Shown piece after piece: positions 26,926 through 35,700 of a stretch of 40,719 nucleotides of DNA. The notes below the pieces were generated by a model. The model searched no databases, had not been told where the DNA came from, and was given only the letters and a program-made list of their open reading frames with translations. Position numbers and translations under genes: made by a program. Source of the stretch: a virus (Duplodnaviria > Caudoviricetes); the IMG/VR virus record IMGVR_UViG_3300038673_000482, positions 1 to 40,719 of that record; one strand, given 5' to 3'. The stretch's first letter is position 1; every line of letters begins with the position of its first letter.

Positions 26926-27571
26926 AATTTGAGGGGGGAAGGTCCCCGAGGACCGACCGTTCCCTGAACTCCTGCTCGTTCCCCCAGGTTGCATGAATCT
27001 GGTAGGCCCATCCGTCTCCCAGGAAGACGGGCCGGTTCGTATCGGTCGCGTAATAGGTCTCCCCTATCTTCACCCAGTAGAGACGGGGCGGGAGGACCTT
27101 GGTGACGACAAACATGGTCGGTGTCACCTGGAGGACGGCCTCGGGGACGATGTTCCCTCCTGGGGAGTGTCTCTCGCCGGCGTCGTTTGTCCATGTCGTG
27201 GGATCGAGGTGCGCGGGGGGGAAGAAGAGAGTCCCCCGGGCGGCCTCCTGGTGGGTGCGACACAGCATGAAGTTGAAGACTTCCCGGAAATCGGAGTCGA
27301 AGAAATAGACAAAGACTCCCAGGAGGAGGGGCTTGGTGAGGATGTCCTTCCGGTGGGTCCGGGAGTCGGCCCCCTGCCATTCCTTGACGATCTGATAGAG
27401 GACCTTTGCATTCCCGGTAAGGTGGGGGGCAAACCTCTCCTCGTCGACGTTCGCGAACGGGAGGTATTTGATCATCATCCGGGCGATGGCCTTGAACGTG
27501 ATATGGAATCGGAAAGTCTCCGGTGTGGCACTGCTCATCTGGTCGGGGTTGTTGATACTACTCATCTTCAT
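26921..27571 (-). CDS. Hypothetical protein (start revised to MKMSSINN)
   Basis: ~216 aa; AGGAG RBS. Confidence 0.6.
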   Translation of the reverse strand: MKMSSINNPDQMSSATPETFRFHITFKAIARMMIKYLPFANVDEERFAPHLTGNAKVLYQIVKEWQGADSRTHRKDILTKPLLLGVFVYFFDSDFREVFNFMLCRTHQEAARGTLFFPPAHLDPTTWTNDAGERHSPGGNIVPEAVLQVTPTMFVVTKVLPPRLYWVKIGETYYATDTNRPVFLGDGWAYQIHATWGNEQEFRERSVLGDLPPSNS

Positions 27572-27725
27572 TCTCTTGTCGCCTCCCGGTCCCCCTACAG
27601 GCAGGACATACACGGAGGAGAGAATGGATCGGGACCAGCTCAAGGAGATAGGTGTGATCCCAGTAGGCTCTCAGGCCTTTACAGACGGGGCAGGTGTAGT
27701 CCTCGAGCGGAGGTCTCGAGTGCAT
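27558..27725 (-). CDS. DnaJ-type Zn-finger microprotein (CPVCKG...CPACRGTG)
   Basis: ATG 29 nt after the late-promoter copy at 27748-27765. Confidence 0.6.
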   Translation of the reverse strand: MHSRPPLEDYTCPVCKGLRAYWDHTYLLELVPIHSLLRVCPACRGTGRRQENEDE

Positions 27726-27891
27726 GATACCTACTCGGTCCTTGGAGTAATATACAGGAATCAGGGAAAAAAGAGGGGGTTGGATGGAAGTTACATGGAA
27801 CTGACTGGAGTTTCCTGGTTGCGTGAGTGACTGCATCAAGGGTGGCGGCTTGACTTCACCACCCCGCTCATGCTGTGAGCGGGATGAGGTC

Positions 27892-28080
27892 TTATTTTTT
27901 GGGGTTGTTTTCCTTCCCCTCCTGGGGGGCAGGGGTATACTCCCAAGGGTCGTCCTCGGTGTCAAGCATCCGATGACCGTGTTTCCGGACGTATTCCTTC
28001 TTCTGTTCCAGGAGCTCGAGGTATTCCGCATGGCTCCTCGCGGTCGATGGATCGGGCATTTTTTCATTCATGCTTCTCAC
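27892..28080 (-). CDS. Small hypothetical protein
   Basis: Last ORF of the island before a T-rich terminator; start uncertain. Confidence 0.45.
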   Translation of the reverse strand: MRSMNEKMPDPSTARSHAEYLELLEQKKEYVRKHGHRMLDTEDDPWEYTPAPQEGKENNPKK

Positions 28081-28354
28081 GTCTTGAAAATTCCGGTCTC
28101 ATCGAACTTGACGGCCCCTGGGCTATTTTTTCATCAATCCACTCATGAATGACCTGCTTTAATTCCTCCCTTCTCATGTCGGGCCTTATTCGTTGAATGA
28201 GGACCTCTCCGAGCTCATCCAGGAAGGGGTATACGGCCTCCTCTCGTTCGAGTGGATCGGTCGGGATCGGGTCAATGCAGGTGTTCATGAGCTCAAGGAA
28301 ATGGTCCTCCTCTCCCGCCTCCCGGATTGCTCGGGAGACTGTGAGGGGGGTCAC
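28064..28354 (-). CDS. Hypothetical protein
   Basis: 96 aa; GTGA coupling. Confidence 0.55.
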   Translation of the reverse strand: MTPLTVSRAIREAGEEDHFLELMNTCIDPIPTDPLEREEAVYPFLDELGEVLIQRIRPDMRREELKQVIHEWIDEKIAQGPSSSMRPEFSRREKHE

Positions 28355-28494
28355 TCCTCTGCCTCCTGGGCGGCTTTCTTGGCTTTCTCTACTGGGATCT
28401 TCCGATAACAGTGGGGGCAGGTGAGATAGAACCTCGAGGACCCCTTATAGTCCCATTCGTGGCCGCAGTCAGGACGAGGGCATTTAAGTCTCAT
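28351..28494 (-). CDS. Archaeal CPxCG-type Zn-finger regulator
   Basis: Hand-translated MRLKCPRPDCGHEWDYKGSSRFYLTCPHCYRKIPVEKAKKAAQEAEE; GAGGT RBS; own TATA-like TTAAGTA 31 nt upstream. Confidence 0.75.
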   Translation of the reverse strand: MRLKCPRPDCGHEWDYKGSSRFYLTCPHCYRKIPVEKAKKAAQEAEE

Positions 28495-28507
28495 TACCTC
28501 TTCCATA

Positions 28508-28948
28508 CTACTCACCACTACTTAATGATGGTGGAGGGTCCCTGGGGGCCAGGGATTTCAGTGAGGCGTAGGGGTGGAGGATCTTGTGCCAGGCAGTCTG
28601 GTACCCGCATTTCGGACACTCAAACCAGACCCACTGGGGGACCGCGTATCCTTCCAGGGGGACGCCTCCGTCTCCATGATCGCAGGTCATGAACTCACAG
28701 TCAGCGAAGGGAGTCCCGCAGCTACAGGTCTTCCTCTTCGATGAGAAGAGGAGGATCTTCCGGAGCTTGATCCGGGTGTCCCGGGCCTTCTCCTGGTCCG
28801 TGATCGTGACCTTGTCGGGGGCCTGGTCGTCTCCCAGGCGGAGAGTCCGCTGGACTTTCGCCCAACACTCGGGACCGTATCCGTGCCGGATACTCTGTGG
28901 GTTCGAGAGGGGCCGATTACATTTCAGGCAGTAGAGGGAGGGAGGCAT
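28508..28948 (-). CDS. DUF6011-like Zn-finger protein with a second Zn domain
   Basis: CLKCNRPLSNPQSIRHGYGPECW; CSC...CPKC. Confidence 0.75.
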   Translation of the reverse strand: MPPSLYCLKCNRPLSNPQSIRHGYGPECWAKVQRTLRLGDDQAPDKVTITDQEKARDTRIKLRKILLFSSKRKTCSCGTPFADCEFMTCDHGDGGVPLEGYAVPQWVWFECPKCGYQTAWHKILHPYASLKSLAPRDPPPSLSSGE

Positions 28949-29130
28949 CAGGGTCCCCCCCTCTTATATCCTGGGAGGCAGGGGCATTTCCCGGGAGTGT
29001 TCAGAGGGCACTCCTCGCAGTCACATTCGTCTCCATTGAATTTGAACGTCTGGAGACCTGCTTTCTTCCGGGCCACATTACAGGCCTCTTCATTGGCGGC
29101 CTCTTCGGCATCAACGTCAGGGTATAACAC
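28948..29130 (-). CDS. Cys-rich microprotein
   Basis: CDCEECP...CPC. Confidence 0.5.
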   Translation of the reverse strand: MLYPDVDAEEAANEEACNVARKKAGLQTFKFNGDECDCEECPLNTPGKCPCLPGYKRGGP

Positions 29131-29272
29131 GATTTACCCCCTCCTTTTTCCGTCCCCGGAGTCCCCACCCCTTGTCATACCCACACTTCGGGCATTTGAA
29201 GTCATGGGACCCCGGTCCTGGGACATATCCGCATTGTTTACAGTAGGCCTCGAGGTATGGTCCAACGCCCAT
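29117..29272 (-). CDS. Zn-ribbon microprotein (CKQC...CPKCG)
   Basis: Hand-translated, 51 aa; TGATG coupling. Confidence 0.5.
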   Translation of the reverse strand: MGVGPYLEAYCKQCGYVPGPGSHDFKCPKCGYDKGWGLRGRKKEGVNRVIP

Positions 29273-29556
29273 CACGTCGCCCCCTGGGGAGTGGGGGAGA
29301 GGGTAATGATTCCCTCTTTGTCCTGGGAGAGACCGAGGGTCATCACCATCGCCCCCTCACCCAGGAACTCGGCCGCTATGACGTCGTCATAGGTATTCAC
29401 GATCTCGCGCAGTGAGGCAGAGACGACGATCTTCATGACCGCCTGTTTCGCCTTCGGGGGGACGATGGTGATCTTCCATGCCCCGTACTCGGCATTATTG
29501 CCGATCGCCCCGTGCTTCTGCAGGGCTCCTGGTTGTGCGTATGTCATGAGTCTCAC
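29272..29556 (-). CDS. Hypothetical protein
   Basis: ~91-94 aa; GGTGA RBS before MTYAQ. Confidence 0.55.
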   Translation of the reverse strand: MRLMTYAQPGALQKHGAIGNNAEYGAWKITIVPPKAKQAVMKIVVSASLREIVNTYDDVIAAEFLGEGAMVMTLGLSQDKEGIITLSPTPQGAT

Positions 29557-29757
29557 CTATATGATCCGGATGACCTGTCCGGAGTAAGCGGCCTTCTCGA
29601 TCCGGCGGATCTTCCGTTCGACAATTGCGAGGTCCTCAAGGCATTCCTTTTGGGCCTTGGGACTCAAGCCCATTCGAAGTTTGCGGATGTATGCGATCTT
29701 AAACTCGATGAGGGTCGCGAGGGATTCATCCGGGTTGATAGGGTCAGGGTATGCCAT
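29557..29757 (-). CDS. Small helical hypothetical protein
   Basis: 66 aa; directly follows the DUF932 gene. Confidence 0.55.
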   Translation of the reverse strand: MAYPDPINPDESLATLIEFKIAYIRKLRMGLSPKAQKECLEDLAIVERKIRRIEKAAYSGQVIRII

Positions 29758-30669
29758 TTAGGCCACCACCGGGACGGGGATCGGGATGACCTCCCCGAAC
29801 AGGATCTTCGACTCGGCATTGGAGATCAGGGCCTCGCGCTTGATGTGAGAGACCTGCTCATGGGAGGCATATGCCGTGATGGCATTGTAGAGCTCCCATT
29901 TATTCGTCTTCTCCGGGTTGTCGATCTGCAGGGCGGCAACGTCCGCGATCTTCTTGCTCTCGGTGATCGGCGCGAGAGTGTTCGCGATCTCCGCATAGTC
30001 CTTGAACGAGACTTTCGCCTCGATCGCGGCCTCGATCTTGACCTCGAGGAGATGCGAGCGCTGGAGGATCCCGTCGATGAAGGCCTCGACCTTCTCGGGG
30101 ATCGCGAGGACCTGCTTCTCGGTGTGCCAGGCCGTGATTACCAGCTCACCGAAGGTCTTGGTCGCGAGCATCCCGTTCGCACAGGCAAGACGCCATCCGA
30201 AGGCACTGCCTTTGAACGACTTCTTGTCGTTATACTGGTTCTTGAACCGGACGCCCATCTGGATCCCGTCCTGGTGATCGTTGACCATCAGGTCGGGGAA
30301 GAGGATGAACGCCTCGACGACGTCGTGATGGTTGTCGATGTTGATCAGGGTATTGAGGCCCAGGTGGTCGGCAGCCGTCAGGACCGGGTCGAGTGCGTCC
30401 TCGTGGTTGAGGGGCATGTAGTTCTTTGCGGCCCCGAAGTGGATCTGTCCTGTGTTGAGGTTTTTCAGACCGTATACCTTCGGGGTCTGCTTGAGGGACC
30501 CATCGACGAAGAGGTGTCCGTCGTCGTTATACCCCAGGATCTTGTTGTCGAGCTTGGGGTCGAACGGGACTTTTTCATAGAGCGGCACGAGGGCGGCCTT
30601 GTCAAGGCCGGCGAGGACTCCCTTCGCATCGGAAGGGGTCATGTCCTTGAAAGAGTTGATGCTGAACAT
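29758..30669 (-). CDS. DUF932-like protein
   Basis: NY.PLNH...L, N.Y....SF.....GWRLACANGM, T.WH, N.WELYNAIT.Y.SH; GGAGG RBS. Confidence 0.8.
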   Translation of the reverse strand: MFSINSFKDMTPSDAKGVLAGLDKAALVPLYEKVPFDPKLDNKILGYNDDGHLFVDGSLKQTPKVYGLKNLNTGQIHFGAAKNYMPLNHEDALDPVLTAADHLGLNTLINIDNHHDVVEAFILFPDLMVNDHQDGIQMGVRFKNQYNDKKSFKGSAFGWRLACANGMLATKTFGELVITAWHTEKQVLAIPEKVEAFIDGILQRSHLLEVKIEAAIEAKVSFKDYAEIANTLAPITESKKIADVAALQIDNPEKTNKWELYNAITAYASHEQVSHIKREALISNAESKILFGEVIPIPVPVVA

Positions 30670-30744
30670 TTTTGTTCCTCCAAAACAGTTCCGAAAAAAT
30701 GCCCTTTTCTGGGTTTGACCCGACGCCCTGGGGCGGAAAAAGGG

Positions 30745-31299
30745 TTATGCTGGTATTGGTATGAGGGGGTTGTGCAGGGGGGAGACGAGGCGGTTGATCC
30801 TCCAGGAGGACCCTGCCTCGATGATGTGAGGGGGGTCGAGGGTGTGCTCGTATAGGTCGTCAATCTCCTGGGAGAGGTGCCAGGCCTCCCGCTTCGCACG
30901 GGCGAGGACCTTTGCAGGGTGGGGACCCTCGATGATCGCGACGAGCTCGAGCTCCCATCCGGGCTCGTCCCAGTAGATGTCAACGAAGGAAGTCTTCCCC
31001 TCCTTCCTGGGGATGAGTTTCAGGGTCCCGACGAAGGTCTTGACGTCCTCGAGAACCTCCTTCTCGATGTAGGGGCCAGTGTAATAGCCATACATATTGA
31101 AGGCCTTGGGGTAGTGGTTCAGGTCCGGAACCTTCTTGATCACGGACTTGGTCTCATAGCGATACACGGGAAGGGACAGGTCCTTCCCGACCGGGGGGAC
31201 CGGAAGTTCAATCTTTGGAGGGCTCCGGTCCGCCCAGTGTGCCGGGGACCAGCGTCCCCGGTTCGGGAAATCATCGTGAGAGGGGCTTGCGTAGGTCAT
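30745..31299 (-). CDS. Hypothetical protein
   Basis: 184 aa in the early island. Confidence 0.6.
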   Translation of the reverse strand: MTYASPSHDDFPNRGRWSPAHWADRSPPKIELPVPPVGKDLSLPVYRYETKSVIKKVPDLNHYPKAFNMYGYYTGPYIEKEVLEDVKTFVGTLKLIPRKEGKTSFVDIYWDEPGWELELVAIIEGPHPAKVLARAKREAWHLSQEIDDLYEHTLDPPHIIEAGSSWRINRLVSPLHNPLIPIPA

Positions 31300-31498
31300 A
31301 TCCAGTCATTTCCTTAACGTGTTGGTCGAACGATCTCCAGTGCCGGCCCCGGCATTTCTGCCGGGAGATGTCAAGCTCGACCTGGAAGATCCTGCAGAAC
31401 TCATGAGGCCCCCAGGAGAGGGGGTCTCGGGGTGATTGCTCATAGAACAGGCAGTCATCACAGCTTTTTCGCATCGGCCGGGACGCCATAGACGGCAC
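31271..31498 (-). CDS. Cys-rich microprotein
   Basis: CDDC.FY...C...C. Confidence 0.5.
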   Translation of the reverse strand: MPSMASRPMRKSCDDCLFYEQSPRDPLSWGPHEFCRIFQVELDISRQKCRGRHWRSFDQHVKEMTGYDLRKPLSR

Positions 31499-31606
31499 CT
31501 CCTGGGGTGACGAGTCGGCCTCCGATGAAGGCTCCCTCGACCCAGAATCCTCCGATAGTCCCTCCGATTTTGTCGTGGTCCTTGAAGGATTTCTTTTTCT
31601 TCATGG

Positions 31607-31903
31607 TCAGTTCACCTCCTCGAATCCGACGTCATCGACCTGGTAGAGGGCCTCGGTCCCGGTGTCGAGAATCACGTCCCCGACGGACAGGGACCGGGAG
31701 ACTCCTGCGAGGGCAGGGCCGATGTTGGTCAGTTCATACAGGTGGTCAAGGTTATCGGCGACGACGAGACCCGCGTGATACCACCCTGGGGAGGGTGTCC
31801 GGGCATATTTTGATGACCGGGGATAAATCACGTCATCCCTCTTAAGGTCCGGATTGAACCGGAAAGAGGGGTCAAGGGGGTAATAGAGACGATACAGAGG
31901 CAT
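31607..31903 (-). CDS. YodL-like domain protein
   Basis: LDHLYELTN.......RSLSVGDVI.......YQVDDVGFEEV. Confidence 0.8.
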   Translation of the reverse strand: MPLYRLYYPLDPSFRFNPDLKRDDVIYPRSSKYARTPSPGWYHAGLVVADNLDHLYELTNIGPALAGVSRSLSVGDVILDTGTEALYQVDDVGFEEVN

Positions 31904-31905
31904 AG

Positions 31906-32040
31906 TTACCAGGCCCCCAGGGGGTAACTCGGGGAGATACCCGGGGGGAGGGGGATGTCAAGCAGCTCAGCGTAGGCGTCTTCGGCCGCAGAGGCATGAA
32001 CGAAGCGCCAGAAGTAGTCATGGGTTTTGGTGTCAAGCAT
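31906..32040 (-). CDS. Small hypothetical protein, first gene after the structured leader
   Basis: Hand-translated, 44 aa; AGGTGA RBS. Confidence 0.5.
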   Translation of the reverse strand: MLDTKTHDYFWRFVHASAAEDAYAELLDIPLPPGISPSYPLGAW

Positions 32041-32319
32041 TTCAGATCACCTGTCTCCCCTGGGGGGGACGCACCCCGCCCAGGTGGAGGGTAATCTTCT
32101 CCAGTCAGTTCCCTCTTCGGTCAGGTCCCCGAAATGACCTTCATCCCCAGACCCCGGGCATCGGAAGCGACGATCTCCTCTCCGGTTCACCCCCCGAATC
32201 CCTTGGTCGAGCGCCCTGTTCTCCGAGTCTTCCCCGGCAGGGTCACCCTGCGAAGTCCTCACTGGGGGGTGACCATCGCGAGGAGCCCCGACCGGGCTCC
32301 CCCGGGCCATCCACAATAC

Positions 32320-32343
32320 TACTTACTACTCACTACTATATAA
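32320..32343 (-). promoter_or_regulatory. Promoter TTATATA followed by GTAGTGAGTAGTAAGTA (20-bp direct repeat with 32715-32734)
   Basis: tacttactactcactactat is exact at 32320-32339 and 32715-32734; a degenerate copy lies at 28506-28525. Confidence 0.7.
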
Positions 32344-32441
32344 TAGTTATGCCCCCTGGGGGGAGGAATGGGGGTCAGAATGGAGTCCGATTGGATGGCG
32401 GAAGTAATATTTATATACTGAAAAAAGAGAGGTGCCGCACC

Positions 32442-32699
32442 TTACTGGGGGGGTGCCGCACCCTGGGAGACGGGCGACTTGCTCTTGATATAGTGGTCGA
32501 TCTTGTTCATCACCTCGGCGGCCTGGGACTCGTCGATTTTTGTATAGTGCATGTAGGCACTCGACATTCCCATCCAGAGCTCGAATCCGTGGTCGTCATC
32601 CGCCCATTTTCCATTTCCATGATAGGATTGGAAGGCATCAGCATCCCAGTCGCACCGGACCAGGCCGAGGCCGCTATCGTGCATCATGTATTTCCACAT
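32442..32699 (-). CDS. Putative immunity protein for the portal-borne RelA/SpoT-like domain
   Basis: Immediately downstream of the toxin-like domain; own promoter and AGGTGA RBS; small, aromatic-rich, with C-terminal YTKIDESQAAEVM. Confidence 0.55.
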   Translation of the reverse strand: MWKYMMHDSGLGLVRCDWDADAFQSYHGNGKWADDDHGFELWMGMSSAYMHYTKIDESQAAEVMNKIDHYIKSKSPVSQGAAPPQ

Positions 32700-32730
32700 G
32701 GTTCTCACCTGCCTTACTTACTACTCACTA

Positions 32731-35700
32731 CTATTTAGTCTTATCCCAGTGCCAGTTCTCCATCCTGGGGGGATACTTACAAGACTGGTAGATCTCCTTG
32801 ATCTTTGCTTTGGCGGCATTTTTCTGTTCTCTCGTCGCAGTCCGGCTCCTCGCGACCTCATACCATTTATGGGTCCTCTTTTGCTTTATCTCGTAAGATT
32901 CTGGGGTGTGGAATTGGAGCTCGACCTGTTTCCCCTCGATGAGGAGCTTGACGTTGACGCCTTTATAGCATCCCTGCCCCCACCTCCAGAAGTTTGAGAC
33001 CTTCTCCACCTTGACCCCGCTTCCCTCGAGGTCCGCGAGGGTCTTCATCATCGTCTCCTGGTAGGTATAGGGGGAGATGATAGAGGTGAACCTGGTGACA
33101 TCATCCACATACTGGACAAGCTGGTCCTCGGTCAGGTGTGGGTGTCTGGCATGTTCGATCTCGAGGGCCTCGTGGATGGAGTTCCAGGTCTTGAGACGGA
33201 AGTCGAGACCTGCGAATGCCCCCCCGTTCTTGACGACTGCTTTTTTGAGGGCCTTATAGTTCTTATCGACCCGTTCCCGGCCATCCTTATAGATGGCGTC
33301 TGCATGTTGCTTGATCTTCTCCGGGTCGATGGTGTATTCCGGTTTCTTCTCCTCCTCTTCCTTCTTGACGTCCTCGGTGCGTTCCTTATCGAAGTTGATG
33401 TTCAGGGAGAAGTTGACGGTCCCGTTCCTCCCCTCGAGGTAGACGGCTGTAAAGTCCTCATCTGCATTAGGCTGGACCCAGGAATATCCTTCTCCCGTAT
33501 AGGCCGCGCCGATGTTGTCCCCCCGGGTGACGATCATCTCGTTCTGCCCGTGATCGCAGAAGAGGACTGTCGACTGGTTCATCTTCTTCCCGAGCTCGAC
33601 GATGTCGTCTCGATCGGCGTCGTGGGTCATCACGAGGAACGAATCCTCGAACTCTCCATACTTCCCGAGGACCTGGGTGAAGACATACCCCTTCTCGGTC
33701 AGGTCTTTCCTGAGCTCATCATGCCGCTTTTTATATCTCTCCTGGTCGAAGTCCAGGGGGTTGAGTTTCTTCTCGTCATTGTTCGGTCCTGCGGAGATCA
33801 GGGCAAACTTCGTGTGGGCGAGGATGATCGCGAGCTCGTCCTCATCAGCGATCTCGGTCTCGATTCCCTTCCCAGGTTCTCTCTTCGCATACTTCCGGAG
33901 GATCTGGTCGCGCTCCTCGGCAGTATACTTCTTCCCCGGTTTCCCTCCTCCCCCCTCCTGGGGCGAGGGTTTCCCTTCCTGACCTTCTTGATCCTGTGAT
34001 CCTGGTCCTCCCAGGGCCGGTTTGTTGGGGTCGACTCCCTCCCTCTCCGGGAGGGGTGTGTCCCCTTTCTGTTTAGGGGGTGATTGGAGGGTCGTCGCGT
34101 GTTTCGACCTCTCAAGATAGAACCTGCCTCCTCTCTCCCCCTCGTAGACCTTGACTCCCTGGGGGGGTTCTTCTCCGGGCTTGAGGTAGATGGGTTCGGC
34201 CTTCTCGATCATCTCGTCGGGCTCAGTCTCATCGTCCCCTTTTCTCACGGCACCCCCGACATGAACTGGGACCTTCTTCTGACCTTTCTTCCGGAGGTCC
34301 CATTTCGTCTCGTGTTTCGACGCCCCCTGGGCTCCCTTGTGCGATCGGTGCGTGACGTGATCCTCTCTCTCTGGGGCATAGTCCCGCTTATAGTCTGCCG
34401 CGCCCTGTGCGCCTCCAGTTGGCGCATGGGGTCTCCTGGGGAGTGTGGTCGCCTGGTGTTCCTTTGAGAGGTCCTCATACTTCATTGGTTCGGGCCGACC
34501 GACCTTCGGGACCTCGCTTTTGAGATAGTAGACTCCGCCCCTGGGACCCCTGTAGAGCTTAGCGCCTTTCGGGACCTTGCCCGGCTGCGCGTACTCGATC
34601 CGGTCCTCCGGCATGGAGACCTTCACTCTCTTTACCCTGCCGAAGTCCTTATGGTCTTCATACTCGCCGTCGTCTGCCTTCTTGACTTTGTCGCGGTCCT
34701 CGTCACTTCCCTCGTGTTCCTGGGAGGTTGCGGACCCGAAGTTGTCACGGTTATAGACCTGGGGGCCTCCCAGGTCCTCGTCTCCCTCCGCATAGAACTG
34801 GGCGGCCTCGTCTGGGGAGAGCTGCTGTCCTCCCTGGGGGTTCGTGTTCAGTCCGCCTCCCGGGCCTGGGGGACCCATGGGTCCGCCCCCGCCTTCCATC
34901 CCCTGGTTCCATGCTGCTTCCTGGGCCTCCTCCATCGCACTGACAGCCCTCTCGATCTTCTCGTCGTCGAGTCCTGCGATCCGGAGCGCGGCTTCGAGGG
35001 GGACCCCGAGCTGCATGTAAGTCGTGGCGACCTGTGCCCGGGCCTGGTCGATCTGGGCCATCTTGAGCTCGTCGTCGAGGTCGACGACGTCCTTGAACCT
35101 GAACCTCCATCCCGGCTCCCACCCTTCAATGTCGGGGAGGAGGTTCTCATTGATCATCTCCTCGAATTTCCGGAGAAGGGGGCTGAGCATCCGGCTCTTG
35201 GTAATGTTTCTCGCGACGTATGCAGTGGCGCGGTTCACGTCGTCACCGACAAATTCGGAGGAGGAGAATCCGAACATCGCCCAGACGATCTTCGCGACCC
35301 ACATCTGGCCCTCGAGCCATTGCATGTCGACCATGGTCGGCGTGAGGGGTTCGATGTCCTCCTCCCCGATCAGGTTGACGACCCCGTTGAAATTTTCCGG
35401 CCCCAGATTTGCAGAGTTCAGCTCGGCGTTCGCTTCGATGAGCTGGGAGACACTGGTATACTGGGGGTGCTTGTATTTCATCCCGGGCATGACGCCGTTC
35501 GCGAAGGTCATCCCTGCGGCCTTAGTGGAATCGATCAGATACTCGAGATACCACTTGAGCTGCTGCATGAAGTCAGTCCCGTAGCAGGAGTCCGCCCTGG
35601 GGTAACAACAGAAATAAACGACTTCCTTCGGGTCGAACGGGATGAAAATCCCTGCCCGGGCGTGTTGCCAGTATCGCTTGACGTATCCCAGGGAGTAGGG

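Noticed and set aside
28478-29203. Repeat gggcattt(g)aagtc as a regulatory motif
   Set aside because: Both copies simply encode (L/F)-K-C-P of Zn-finger microproteins.
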